Notes: generated by a model not told the origin, from the letters alone. DNA of 63,984 bases, filler included, from an uncultured bacterium (GCA_964372275.1; 10 parts of 10 records of this genome joined end to end with filler, not necessarily neighbours in it); one strand, 5' to 3'; counted from the first letter of the whole stretch, positions 43,993 to 53,459 are shown. Translations and numbers: made by a program.

Positions 43993-44721
43993 GTGGGACG
44001 CACGGGGCGATTCGCGCTCGCCGCGCTGGCCGCGCTCCTCGGAGGATCGGGGGCGCGGTCGGCGATGGCGGAGCCGGTCGAAGGGCGGTGGAGTCTGTTC
44101 GTCGAGCCGGGGACGGCCTTCCCGCTCGACGTCGGCGCGCGGGTGACGTTCGACCGGGGCCGGGTCCGCGTGGGGGGCGAAGTCGGCTACCTTCCGGGTC
44201 CGTACGTCCAGGCGATCAATGCCATCGTGATCGCGCTCGGCGGCTACGACGAGGAGACGGCCGAGCTGATCGAGAAGTCGCTTCAGTCGTCGCTGGTCGT
44301 GCGCGCCTCCGCCGGCGGCCGGCCCCTGCGCCGGTGGGGACTCTACCTAGAAGGGGGCTACACGCTGGTAACCCTCGGCGGCGGCGTCGGCGGAGAGGAC
44401 CTGATCGCGCTCGCGACCGGGGCCGAGCCCCCGGACGGCACCGGCGGCGAGCGGGACTACGACGTCGCCTCGACGCTGCACCTGCTCGGCGCCGAGACGG
44501 GATGGGAGTGGCGGTTGCGCCAGGGACGCCTGCAACTCCGCGCCGGCATCGGTTTCGTCACCACCGTCGCGGCGTCGACGTCGGTCGAGCCCCGTTTCCA
44601 GCCGCTGCTGCCGCAGCTCCAGGAGGCGTTCACGTCGGACGCCGAAGCGTACCTCGACGAGACCTATCTCACCTACGTGCACGCGCCGACGGTGGTCCTC
44701 TCCGCCGGCTGGCGCTTTTGA
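43993..44721 (+). CDS. Outer-membrane beta-barrel hypothetical protein
   Basis: Signal peptide; C-terminal SAGWRF. Confidence 0.7.
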   Translation: MGRTGRFALAALAALLGGSGARSAMAEPVEGRWSLFVEPGTAFPLDVGARVTFDRGRVRVGGEVGYLPGPYVQAINAIVIALGGYDEETAELIEKSLQSSLVVRASAGGRPLRRWGLYLEGGYTLVTLGGGVGGEDLIALATGAEPPDGTGGERDYDVASTLHLLGAETGWEWRLRQGRLQLRAGIGFVTTVAASTSVEPRFQPLLPQLQEAFTSDAEAYLDETYLTYVHAPTVVLSAGWRF

Positions 44722-44747
44722 CGCGGCGGTCGCGGAGGTCCCGGGGG

Positions 44748-45860
44748 ATGGTCGTGGTAACGTTCCGCCCCGTGCGTGCGACAACGATCGCGCTCTTGTT
44801 CACGTCGATCCTCGCGCCGCGCGTGGCCGGCGCCGGCGCCACCGTCCGCATCGACGACCAGCGCTCGCTCACCGTCGCCCTGGCGCTCCGATCGAGCCTG
44901 ACCACGACCGAGAAGGGGGCGCCCGACGGACGAAGGAATTCGTTCGATCCGATCACCGACGGCGCGGTGGTGGCGGCGTCCGGCGAGCTCGAGAAGCGGA
45001 TCAAGGTCCAGCTCAACCTGGTGCGTGCGACGGCGGGGGACGCGCGGGTGATGGACGCGATCCTGATGATCGAGCCGTCCGAGCGCTTCAAGCTCTGGAC
45101 CGGCCGGTTCCTCGTCCCGGCCGACCGGGCGACGATGACCGGACCGTTCTTCGGGGCGGCGTGGGATACGCCGTTCACCGCGGTGTGGCCGTCGGCCTTC
45201 GCCGGTCGCGATGACGGCGTCGCCGCCTGGGGACGGATCGGGCCGGTGCGGTGGCACGGGGGGACGTTTCGCGGTCGCGATGGCGGCACCAACGTCGCCG
45301 ACGATCCGCTCTTCGCCGGTCGGGTGCAGCTCGACCTGCTCGATCCGGAGCCCGGCTACTACGCCGCCGGAACCTGGTTCGGGAGTCGCCGCGCGCTTTC
45401 GATCGGACTCGCCGGCCGCGCGCAACGCAACGGCGCCGGGACCCCGGCCGATCCGGAGAAGGGGGTCCCGCTCGACCGCGGCTCGTTCGCCGGATGGAGC
45501 GCCGACCTGATCGCCGAGCACCGGCTCGGCGTGGCCGGCGTCGGAACGGTCGAGGCGGTCTTCTTCCGCTACGACCTCGACGGCGCCGCCGATCCGGCGC
45601 TGGTGGAAGGGGACGGCTTCCACCTGCTCGCGGCGTGGCTCGCTCCGTTCCCGGTGGGCCCGGGACGCGTGCAGGCGTCGGGGCGATGGCAGTCGTTCGA
45701 CGCGGCCGAGGGACCTCGCCGCACGCGGTGGGACGCGGGTCTCGGGTACGTGGTGAACGGACACTTCACCAAGGTCGGGCTCGTCCTCTCCGGCGAGGAC
45801 AAGGGGGCCGGCGACGGCGAGATCCGCTCGGCCAAGGTCGGCGTGCAACTGGTGCTCTAG
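44748..45860 (+). CDS. Porin (OprO/OprP or short-chain amide porin-like)
   Basis: VMDA, GRFLVPADRA, GRDDGVAAWG, GRVQLDLLDPEPGYY; start uncertain. Confidence 0.75.
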   Translation: MVVVTFRPVRATTIALLFTSILAPRVAGAGATVRIDDQRSLTVALALRSSLTTTEKGAPDGRRNSFDPITDGAVVAASGELEKRIKVQLNLVRATAGDARVMDAILMIEPSERFKLWTGRFLVPADRATMTGPFFGAAWDTPFTAVWPSAFAGRDDGVAAWGRIGPVRWHGGTFRGRDGGTNVADDPLFAGRVQLDLLDPEPGYYAAGTWFGSRRALSIGLAGRAQRNGAGTPADPEKGVPLDRGSFAGWSADLIAEHRLGVAGVGTVEAVFFRYDLDGAADPALVEGDGFHLLAAWLAPFPVGPGRVQASGRWQSFDAAEGPRRTRWDAGLGYVVNGHFTKVGLVLSGEDKGAGDGEIRSAKVGVQLVL

Positions 45861-45882
45861 AAAAGGACGGCGAGGACGACCG

Positions 45883-46365
45883 ATGTCGACGTTCACGATC
45901 CTGGGAATCGGGCTTCTTCTCGCGGCGCCGGCCGCGGGCGCCGCCCGGAAGCCGGAGGCCGCGGCGCCCGCCGCCCCGCAGGCCGACACCGAGCCCGCTC
46001 CCGCGGCCGCGGTCGCCGACGCGCTCGGATCGGCTTTGAAGTCCCGCGATCCGGCGAAGGTCGGCGCGCTGCTCACCCCCGACGCGGCGGTGGTCTTCGT
46101 CGTCGACGCGCGGGCGGTGAAGCGCGTTCCGGACGAAGCGTTCCTCGGCCGCGAGCAGGTCCGCGACTTCCTCGACGCCTACCTCCCCGGATTCGACGGC
46201 GAGATGGGCGCCATCACCGCGTCGGGCGACCGCGCGAGCGGGACCCTTTCGTTCGGCTGCGACCGGTTCCGGCGCCTGGGCCTCGACCGCGTCGAGGTGC
46301 AGCCCGCCGTCGTGCCCCGCGGCGGAAAGGTGCTCTCCCTGACCCGGACCGCCGAGCCCGCCTAG
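45883..46365 (+). CDS. Secreted NTF2/SnoaL-like protein
   Basis: Signal peptide; D.AKVGALLTPDA and GREQVRDFL motifs. Confidence 0.55.
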   Translation: MSTFTILGIGLLLAAPAAGAARKPEAAAPAAPQADTEPAPAAAVADALGSALKSRDPAKVGALLTPDAAVVFVVDARAVKRVPDEAFLGREQVRDFLDAYLPGFDGEMGAITASGDRASGTLSFGCDRFRRLGLDRVEVQPAVVPRGGKVLSLTRTAEPA

Positions 46366-46519
46366 TCCCAGCGGCTGGTCGACGCCATCCCGTCGGGGAA
46401 CAAGGCGGTGGTCCGCGACNNNNNNNNNNNNNNNNNNNNNNNNNNNNNNNNNNNNNNNNNNNNTTAATTAATTAANNNNNNNNNNNNNNNNNNNNNNNNN
46501 NNNNNNNNNNNNNNNNNNN

Positions 46520-46653
46520 AGCGCGAGTGTGCTCTTTCCTGATCCGTTCGGTCCCATGAGCGCATGAATTTCCCCCGGCCGTATGGCCCAGGAGACATCA
46601 TTGAGCACCTCTTTGCCGGAAATTTTGACAGAAAGGTTTTTTATTTCGAGCAT
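46520..46653 (-). CDS. sufC: Fe-S assembly ATPase SufC, N-terminal fragment (low GC)
   Basis: [17 protein letters not shown]...[18 protein letters not shown]. Confidence 0.85.
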
Positions 46654-46681
46654 GCGTAAGCAGGAATCCGTAATTCCGCAT

Positions 46682-46876
46682 TTAGGAGCTAGGGCCGGAT
46701 TTCTGTACAAAACTCGCAAGCGTGGTCTCGGTAAAGAAAGAGTTGACGTTGTTATAAAGCCGTTGCCACACGGGATGGATGGGACAGATCATCGGGCGGC
46801 GTTTCCCTTGCTTCGGCAGTTTCGGCCAGGGGGCAATCTCCTCGCCAACAGCTTGGAAGATTTCAGAAAGCGTCAC
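46682..46876 (-). pseudogene. C-terminal half of an Rrf2/IscR-family regulator (low GC, N-terminal HTH missing)
   Basis: VTLSEIFQAV...[10 protein letters not shown]...[11 protein letters not shown], directly upstream of sufC. Confidence 0.7.
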
Positions 46877-48395
46877 GGTCGCCGGGTCGCGCGCGTCGGA
46901 ACAGGCCGACCGCCGGGGCGGGGAGGCTGCCGGCGACCACCGAGACGCCGTCGTCCGATGCGTTCCGCACCGAGGTGGTGTTGGACGCGTTCACGGCGGC
47001 GAAGCCGGTCCCGGGCCGGTCGCAGTCGAGGAGCTTCGAGGAGAAGAACGCCTCCGAGTACCGGAGGTCGGCGTGCGGACCGACCTTGTTCACGGTGCCT
47101 TGCGACAGTCCCGCTGCGCGGAGGTCGGCCAGTGACTCCATCGGCCCGTGCGCCGCGATCCAGGTCCGGATCTTGTTCGCGTTGACGGAGCCGATCGAGG
47201 GGAGCCCCTGCAGGTCGGCGGCGGAGGCGTGGTTGATCGCGACCATCGAGGTCCCGAACTCGGTCCCGTCGAAGGCCTCGTCGGCGAGCGCCGCCGCGGC
47301 GGGGACGCGCCCGCGCAGGTCGTCGGCATCGGCGAAGCCGCCGTTCGCCACCCGCTCGTTGAAGATCTTCCGGGCGGTGGAGGTGGAGACGCCGAGCGCC
47401 CCCTTCAGCCGCGCCACCGAGGCGTTGTTGAGGTTGAGCGGCTCGTCGGCGAAGGTCGGTCCCATGACCGCGATCGCGCCGTCGACCGCCTCGCTCAGCT
47501 CCTCGAGCGTCGGGATGACGTCCGGTTGCGGACAGAGCGAGAAGACGGCGTCGTCCGGCAGGAGCGTCGGTTGCGGCGCCGGCCCGGGATTGGGACCTGC
47601 GCCGGCGGCGAACTTGTGTTTCGCCATCAGCCAGGTCTTGAGCGCGCGCGCGTCGTCGCCCGAGAGCGTCACGGCGGCGTTGTGGAACATCGCCCCCTGC
47701 TCGGCGGCGAAGGCGCGGATCAACTCCCGCTCCGCGGGAACGTCGCGGTGGAAGCGCATCAGGTTCTCGTAGTTGCTGTCGTTCGCCGTCGGCGACCAGT
47801 TGAACGATCCGGTGAGCATCTCCACCGGCACTCCGTCGATCACGAAGACGATCCCCTTGTGGTGGTCGAGACCCTTGGTCTTCGCATGGTCGTAGACGGC
47901 GCGCCCGAGCGATGCGTCGTAGGTGTAGGGATCGTCCTTCTTGTAGCGGACGTGGACGTTGGTCACGGGCTCGCCGCCGAGTAGGTTTTCGAGCCGCTCC
48001 ACGCATTCCGCGCGCGTCGTCGCCGAGCCGCCGAGCATGGCGCACGCCTGGGTGTAGTTCCCCTCGGCCGCTGCTTCCAAGTAGGGCGGGGCGTGCAGCG
48101 AGCTGGGGGAGAGCATCGACCAGTCGGTGACGATGTTGACGGTGAGATTGGGGTTCGCCTTCGCGAGCTCCAGGACCTTTTCGCGGATCGTCGGGTCGGT
48201 GAACGAGAAGATGTTCACCGCGAACTCGATCGGGCGTCCTGCCGCGAGCTCGACGTTCCGTTCCATCGCGTCGACGATCGTGCCGGTCAGGTCGGTATCG
48301 GGGTCCGAGTTGAACCAGACGCCGGCGGCCGAGGCCGACGAGGAGACGAACCACGTGGACAGGGCGAGGACACGGATCGACCGAACGGTTCGCAT
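46863..48395 (-). CDS. Secreted phospholipase D-family (HKD) nuclease-like protein with two ComEA-type HhH domains; probably 3' truncated
   Basis: Signal peptide; HHKGIV...TGSFNWSPTANDSNYEN; LNLNNASVARL...GGFADADDL and INHASAADLQGLPSIG...GPMESLADL. Confidence 0.85.
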   Translation of the reverse strand: MRTVRSIRVLALSTWFVSSSASAAGVWFNSDPDTDLTGTIVDAMERNVELAAGRPIEFAVNIFSFTDPTIREKVLELAKANPNLTVNIVTDWSMLSPSSLHAPPYLEAAAEGNYTQACAMLGGSATTRAECVERLENLLGGEPVTNVHVRYKKDDPYTYDASLGRAVYDHAKTKGLDHHKGIVFVIDGVPVEMLTGSFNWSPTANDSNYENLMRFHRDVPAERELIRAFAAEQGAMFHNAAVTLSGDDARALKTWLMAKHKFAAGAGPNPGPAPQPTLLPDDAVFSLCPQPDVIPTLEELSEAVDGAIAVMGPTFADEPLNLNNASVARLKGALGVSTSTARKIFNERVANGGFADADDLRGRVPAAAALADEAFDGTEFGTSMVAINHASAADLQGLPSIGSVNANKIRTWIAAHGPMESLADLRAAGLSQGTVNKVGPHADLRYSEAFFSSKLLDCDRPGTGFAAVNASNTTSVRNASDDGVSVVAGSLPAPAVGLFRRARPGDRDAF

Positions 48396-48407
48396 GCCCG
48401 CCCGCCG

Positions 48408-48423
48408 AGCAGAGTACGTGCCA
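48408..48423 (-). promoter_or_regulatory. Sigma-54 promoter
   Basis: Minus strand TGGCAC-GTACT-CTGCT; the -12 C is 14 nt before ATG 48395. Confidence 0.65.
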
Positions 48424-48579
48424 TCGCACGAGCGCATCGAGCCCTGAAATTCCGATAGGTTGCGCGAATTCGGAGCGACGACGCCGTCCCACGCCTGTCC
48501 CATCTGCGGCCGCTGCGGTCGCGGCGGCGGCCTCGACCATCGACGGTACCGCCGCCCCGAACGCGATTCCCGGGGGCCG

Positions 48580-48612
48580 AAAAAAATGGCCCGGTCCGAG
48601 CCGGACCGGGCC
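48580..48612 (-). terminator. Intrinsic terminator
   Basis: 11-bp stem GGCCCGGTCCG/CGGACCGGGCC followed on the minus strand by A then T7. Confidence 0.8.
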
Positions 48613-48674
48613 GCGGGACGCCCGAGCCGCAGGACGACCGTCTGTCGCGCCGCGGGGACGTTTTCGAGTCGGCG

Positions 48675-50930
48675 CTAGCTCGCCGGACGGCTTTCCACCA
48701 GGGAGACGCGCACCGGGATCCCGGTGTTGCTCGCGCGGTGGCTCTGGATCTTGTCGGTCATCGTGGAGACGAACGCTTCGTCGCTCGGCAGGAGTATCTC
48801 GCCATCGAAGATCGTCGACGTTGCCGACATCTGGGCGTAGCTCTGCCGCTTGTCGAGTCCTCCGACCAGGATGAAGGTGATCTCCTCGTCCACGATCTCG
48901 GGGAAGTACTCGGTGTAGAAGGTCGCCGACTCGTCGGTCGGGAGGTACTTCACGTTCGTGGCCCGGATCCCGTCCATCTCGAAGGCGCTCTTTCCGACGC
49001 TCCAGCAGGAGAAGTTCCCGACCAAGAGCGCCGCGTCGCCCCGGCCGGAGACCGTGTCGAAATAGTGCGCGTAGTCGATCGTCGCGTGCCCACCGGGTGA
49101 GCTGTCCCCTTCGCCGCGCGAGTTGCCGAGCACCGTCAAGCGGTGCGTCTTGCCGTCGGGGCTCTTCTTCTCCATCACCACTTCGATCCCCGTCTTGTTC
49201 ACACGGAGCATCCCGGCGTCGTAGGCGTAGCCGTTGGCGTGGGCATCCTTGACGAAATAGTCGACGCGGGGCTTTCCGTCCTTCGTCTCCCCCAGGAGGT
49301 CGAAGAAACGCGCCTTGAGGTCGACGTTCTTCTTGCGGGAGACGATCTTGAAGCCGAGCTTCTTGTAGGCGGCGACTACCACGCCTCCGTCGCGGGTGTG
49401 GGTGCCGCTGATGTGGATCCCTTCGAGCGCGCCGTCGGCGAGCATGCCGTCGTAGGGGGGCTTGTCCTCCCGGAGAATGAAGTCGATCGGCTCGGTAGAG
49501 TCGGGCCTGGGCGGGATCGTCAGCCGCACCCGCCGCGCGACGCCGACGTCCCGGCAGGTCAGGGACACGTCGTAGCTTCGGGCCTTGTCGGTCTTCGCCC
49601 CGGCCGGCTCGCGGAAGACCAGCTCCGAGAGCGGGTAGTCGCCGTTGTGGCGGTAGCTCTCCGGATCGTAGATCCCGCGCGGGTCCCACTCGTGGCCGGA
49701 AAGGACCTCGCCACTGGAGCCGTCGTCCTTCACCGTCTTTACCGACGTCAGATCGCACTTTCCGGGGAAGACCACCCGTAGGTTGTCGTTGGAGTCGAAC
49801 TTCGAGCCGACGACCGCCAGCGCGTCGCCGTTCCGGTCGGCGGAGGCGACGGGTGGGAGGCCGAAGCGGGCACGCAACGGTCCGTTCACGCCGTCGGCCA
49901 GCGCGCGCGTCATCTCCGCCGAGGGCTTCGCGACGTTGCCGTCGTCGGCGAAGTAGGTGCGCATCACCAGGTCGGCCATGTACGGGCCGGTGGTATCGGC
50001 GCCGAAGACCGGCTCCGCGCGGGACCAGTCGGCGTAGTGGGCGCGAGCGGCGTCGATCGCCGGGACGAGCTTGTCGAGCTCCTTCGGACCGTTCGCCAGC
50101 AGGTGCGCGATCCAGGCGAGCTTCAGCGCGCCGGTCAGCGCATCGTCCTTCGCGGCCGCCGCGTCGCAGAACTCGGCGTAGAAGCCGGCGGCGCCGGTGA
50201 GGCGGACCGGCCGGGTCGAGACGTAGGTTTCGACCAGCTCCGCCGGGAACGCCTCGGTGGTCGGGGTCTCGAGGCGGGCGTACGTCTGGCTCAGGAAGCG
50301 GACCCGCGGATCGTCCTCCGCCACGCCGCCGAGGCGGCGGTAGTGGTCGATCTTGGTCTTCGCCGTGTTGAGCGACCAGCTCGAGGAGGGGGCCGCCAGC
50401 CGGGCGCGCGCGCCGTCTAGGAGCGCCTCGACGGCGAGGGCGTAGGCCCCTTCCCGCTCGAACCAGGTCGGGACGTCGTCCGCGCTGGGCGGGCTCCAGC
50501 CGCTGGTGCTGGTGGCCGCCTCCCGGTACTTCCGGAGCGACGCCGGGATCGTCGTGCCCCGGACCGTCAACGAGTCGCCCCAGCCTTCGCTCGGACCGGT
50601 CAGCCAGGAGTAGAGGTAGGACTGGGTGACGGCCGATTCGCTGGCGAGCAGGGCGTCGGCGCACTCCTCGACGAGCGGCGCGAAGTCACGCGCCAGCCGG
50701 TCCTCGGCGGCCTTCGACGCGGACGGATCGGTTCGTGCGCAGAGCGAGCGGCCGAGGGCGGTGATGCGAGGCTCGAACTCGAGGACGCGCGCGGTGCACA
50801 GGTCGGCGCCGGAGATCGGCGCGGTGGCCGCCGCGGGTTCGGTCGGAGGGCACTCGGCCGTCGTCGGCTGCGCGTGCGCGGCGATCGACGCGGCGAACGC
50901 ACCGACGAAGAGCGGGAGACGGGCGTTCAT
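48675..50930 (-). CDS. Large secreted hypothetical protein, possible C-terminal clan CD peptidase-like domain
   Basis: Signal peptide MNARLPLFVGAFAASIAAHA; DYFVKDAHANG and LLVGNFSCWS motifs. Confidence 0.7.
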   Translation of the reverse strand: MNARLPLFVGAFAASIAAHAQPTTAECPPTEPAAATAPISGADLCTARVLEFEPRITALGRSLCARTDPSASKAAEDRLARDFAPLVEECADALLASESAVTQSYLYSWLTGPSEGWGDSLTVRGTTIPASLRKYREAATSTSGWSPPSADDVPTWFEREGAYALAVEALLDGARARLAAPSSSWSLNTAKTKIDHYRRLGGVAEDDPRVRFLSQTYARLETPTTEAFPAELVETYVSTRPVRLTGAAGFYAEFCDAAAAKDDALTGALKLAWIAHLLANGPKELDKLVPAIDAARAHYADWSRAEPVFGADTTGPYMADLVMRTYFADDGNVAKPSAEMTRALADGVNGPLRARFGLPPVASADRNGDALAVVGSKFDSNDNLRVVFPGKCDLTSVKTVKDDGSSGEVLSGHEWDPRGIYDPESYRHNGDYPLSELVFREPAGAKTDKARSYDVSLTCRDVGVARRVRLTIPPRPDSTEPIDFILREDKPPYDGMLADGALEGIHISGTHTRDGGVVVAAYKKLGFKIVSRKKNVDLKARFFDLLGETKDGKPRVDYFVKDAHANGYAYDAGMLRVNKTGIEVVMEKKSPDGKTHRLTVLGNSRGEGDSSPGGHATIDYAHYFDTVSGRGDAALLVGNFSCWSVGKSAFEMDGIRATNVKYLPTDESATFYTEYFPEIVDEEITFILVGGLDKRQSYAQMSATSTIFDGEILLPSDEAFVSTMTDKIQSHRASNTGIPVRVSLVESRPAS

Positions 50931-51328
50931 CGGGCCCCCTTGCGGCAGCGCCTGGCGATCTCGGCGTCGAGGCTGCCGAGCCGGTCGACCGACTCGTGTT
51001 CACGGTCGAGGAGCTCGGACAGCTCTCGGCGCAGACCATCGCGGCGGCGCGTGAGCTCCTTGCGGCGCGCCGGCTCCTTGGCCTGGGCGAGACCGTCGGC
51101 CGTCTCGCCGAGCTCGAGGTTCTTGGCTTCGACCCGGGCGGTGAGCGATTCCGACGCCTGCACCAGCCGGATTCGCTCGGAGGCGAGATCGGCGCAGCTG
51201 CGCGCGTCGACCGCCGTGGCGCTCGGAGCGGGATCCGGCGACGGCGCGGCGGTGGACGGGGAGGCGATGGCGAAGAGGCTGGACAGGGGGAGCGCCGCCA
51301 GGGCGATCCGGAACGCGGCTCGGGTCAT
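50927..51328 (-). CDS. Small secreted coiled-coil protein
   Basis: ATG 51328 with AAGGAG RBS; signal peptide; helical hairpin bracketed by two Cys; ATGA-coupled to the next gene. Confidence 0.75.
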   Translation of the reverse strand: MTRAAFRIALAALPLSSLFAIASPSTAAPSPDPAPSATAVDARSCADLASERIRLVQASESLTARVEAKNLELGETADGLAQAKEPARRKELTRRRDGLRRELSELLDREHESVDRLGSLDAEIARRCRKGAR

Positions 51329-51365
51329 CGGCTCTCCTTCTCCCGGGAGGGACGGACCGCCATTC

Positions 51366-51381
51366 AGCAAGCGACATGCCC
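51366..51381 (-). promoter_or_regulatory. Sigma-54 promoter
   Basis: Minus strand GGGCAT-GTCGC-TTGCT; direct repeat CCGGTGGGAC upstream at 51416 and 51451. Confidence 0.7.
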
Positions 51382-51500
51382 AGCGGAAGTGGCTGAAAAC
51401 AAGGGCATCCGCCGCCCGGTGGGACGCGCCGTATCCACCGAAACTCCGCGCCGGTGGGACCGCCACGCCACGCGTGGCATTCACACGAATGTTCAGCGGA

Positions 51501-52480
51501 TCAGTAGTCGACCTTGAACAGGCGCCAGATCGTCGTGCCACCGGCGCTGCCGGCCTTGTAGCGCACCTCGACCGTGGCGGTGGTGCCGGCCGGGTCGACC
51601 GTGGTCTTTCCGATGCCGAGGGTCCCGGTGAGTCCGTTGTTGGGGCAGGAGATCGTTCCCGTATCGTCGATCGTGGTTCCGTCACTGCGCAGAGCGACGA
51701 TCTGCACCTCGCTGCCGTTGACGTCGGAGACGCAGGCCGCGATCAGCGTGATCGTCGGATTGCCTGTGGGCTTGTCGAAGGCGACGATCTTGGTGGCGGT
51801 CGTCGCCGTCCCGCTTCCGGACCACTCCAGGTTCACCTTGGCCTGCGTGACGTTCTTGTCCTTGATCTTGGCGGTCGTCACCGCGTCGGTGGCGAGCTCC
51901 GCCTCCTTGACCTCGCCGTCCAGGATCTCGGCGGCGCGGACCGCGTCGGTCTGGATCTCCGAGGCGCCGACGGCGTCGTCGACCATCTCGGCGTTGCCGA
52001 TCGCGTTGTCGAGCATCTCGGCGTTGCCAACCGCGTTGTCCGCCATCTCCGCATTGCCGATGGCGTTGTCTGCCATCTCCGCGTTGCCGATGGCGTTGTC
52101 CCGCATCTCGGCGTTGCCGACGGCGTTGTCGGCCATCTCGGCGTTGCCGATCGCGTCGTCCCGCATCTCGGCATTGCCGACGGCGTTGTCGGCCATCTCG
52201 GCGTTGCCGATCGCGTCGTCCCGCATCTCGACGTTCCCGACCGCGTCGTCGGCCAGCTTCGCGTTCGTCACCGCGTCGGCGAGCAGCTCGCCGCTGCCGA
52301 CCGAATCGTCCCGCAGCTCGCCGGCGCCGACCGCGTCGTCGACCAGCGCCGCCTGGTCGACCGAATCGGCCGCGAGCTTGGCCAGCGTCACCGCGCCGTC
52401 GGCCAGCGCCTCGGTCGCGACCGAGCCTGCCGCCAGGCTTTGGCCTCCGACGCTACCCGCCGCGAGCTGGGCGGCGCCGT
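51501..52480 (-). CDS. Decapeptide-repeat fibre-like protein (5' truncated)
   Basis: Tandem D[ND]A[IV]GNAEM[ARLV] / DAVTxAKLA repeats, then a ~110-aa beta-rich C-terminal domain. Confidence 0.8.
51960..52260. repeat. 30-bp coding tandem repeat (about 9-10 near-identical units)
   Basis: Repeated CATCTCGGCGTTGCCGA(T/C)(C/G)GCGT(T/C)GTC on the plus strand. Confidence 0.9.
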
Positions 52481-52580
52481 NNNNNNNNNNNNNNNNNNNN
52501 NNNNNNNNNNNNNNNNNNNNNNNNTTAATTAATTAANNNNNNNNNNNNNNNNNNNNNNNNNNNNNNNNNNNNNNNNNNNN

Positions 52581-52615
52581 AACGACGTGACGGCCAGGAA
52601 GACGAGCGGGCGCAT
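52581..52615 (-). CDS. Start of a probable secreted protein (cut by contig end)
   Basis: ATG 52615 with GGAGG RBS; MRPLVFLAVTS. Confidence 0.55.
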
Positions 52616-52646
52616 CGGGGGATCCTCCGGAAGTGAACGCGCGTTC

Positions 52647-52662
52647 AGCAAACCGCGTGCCG
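52647..52662 (-). promoter_or_regulatory. Sigma-54 promoter
   Basis: Minus strand CGGCAC-GCGGT-TTGCT. Confidence 0.75.
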
Positions 52663-52765
52663 GCGCCAACTCCGCGATCGGAGAGCGATCGGTCCCGGCG
52701 TCGAGCCTTCGCGGGAGGTCGGAGCCTGCCCGCGCGTGTCCCGCGCGTCCGTCGTGCCGCAGGCG

Positions 52766-53251
52766 CTATCGCGGAGCGCCGCCGCCGCTCGGCGTGCCGG
52801 CCGTTCCGCCGCGCGGGATCCGCGAGGGGTTGGTGCCGGGCGGGCGGGTGTCGGTATCGCGCGAGGGGTTCGCGCCGTCGCCGGCGGGAGCCGGAACGGT
52901 CGGGGCGATCACCCGCTCGACCTCTTTCCGTGCGAAGTGGGCTCGCGCCTTCTTGAAGAGGGACCAGCCGATCTTTCCGATGCCGACGACCGCCAGGCCC
53001 ACGCCGACCACGGCCGCACCGGTGACGATCACCGGCGCCGCGCCGAGGGCGGCCGCGCCGAGCGCAACGCCGCCCGCGACCGCGCCGATGGCGGTGAGGC
53101 CGGCCCCCCACTTCCAACCGTCGTCGTTCGCATCGCGCTCGATCAGGACGAGGTCGTCGGGCTCCGGAGGACGCGCCTCCGCCACCGCCGTGCCGAGGAC
53201 GGTGGTGGCGAGGACGGCGGCGACGACCCGAGAGACGAACGCGAGACGCAT
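52766..53251 (-). CDS. Small secreted protein with Gly/Ala-rich hydrophobic hairpin and basic helix
   Basis: Signal peptide ...GTAVAEA; WKWGAGLTAIGAVAGGVALGAAALGAAPVIVTGAAVVGVGLAVVGIGKIGWSLFKKARAHFARK. Confidence 0.75.
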   Translation of the reverse strand: MRLAFVSRVVAAVLATTVLGTAVAEARPPEPDDLVLIERDANDDGWKWGAGLTAIGAVAGGVALGAAALGAAPVIVTGAAVVGVGLAVVGIGKIGWSLFKKARAHFARKEVERVIAPTVPAPAGDGANPSRDTDTRPPGTNPSRIPRGGTAGTPSGGGAPR

Positions 53252-53302
53252 GGGAACCCCTCCCCGAGTGGACGTGATGGCCCGTGCCGGACGCGCCATC
53301 CG

Positions 53303-53318
53303 TGCAACGGCGGTGCCC
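53303..53318 (-). promoter_or_regulatory. Sigma-54 promoter
   Basis: Minus strand GGGCAC-CGCCG-TTGCA. Confidence 0.75.
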
Positions 53319-53459
53319 GGCGACGCGTCCGCTCTCGGGGTTCGCGGACCGTTCGGGAAGAGATCGGCTTTTTCCCCGGGATCGGGGACCGGTACGGGCG
53401 TGTCGCAGGGGTCCGCAGCCACCGAAAAACGCGCCGGTTGGGACGTCCAGTCCGCAGGG

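Noticed and set aside
51960-52260. CRISPR array or non-coding repeat
   Set aside because: Contiguous 30-bp in-frame coding repeats without spacers.
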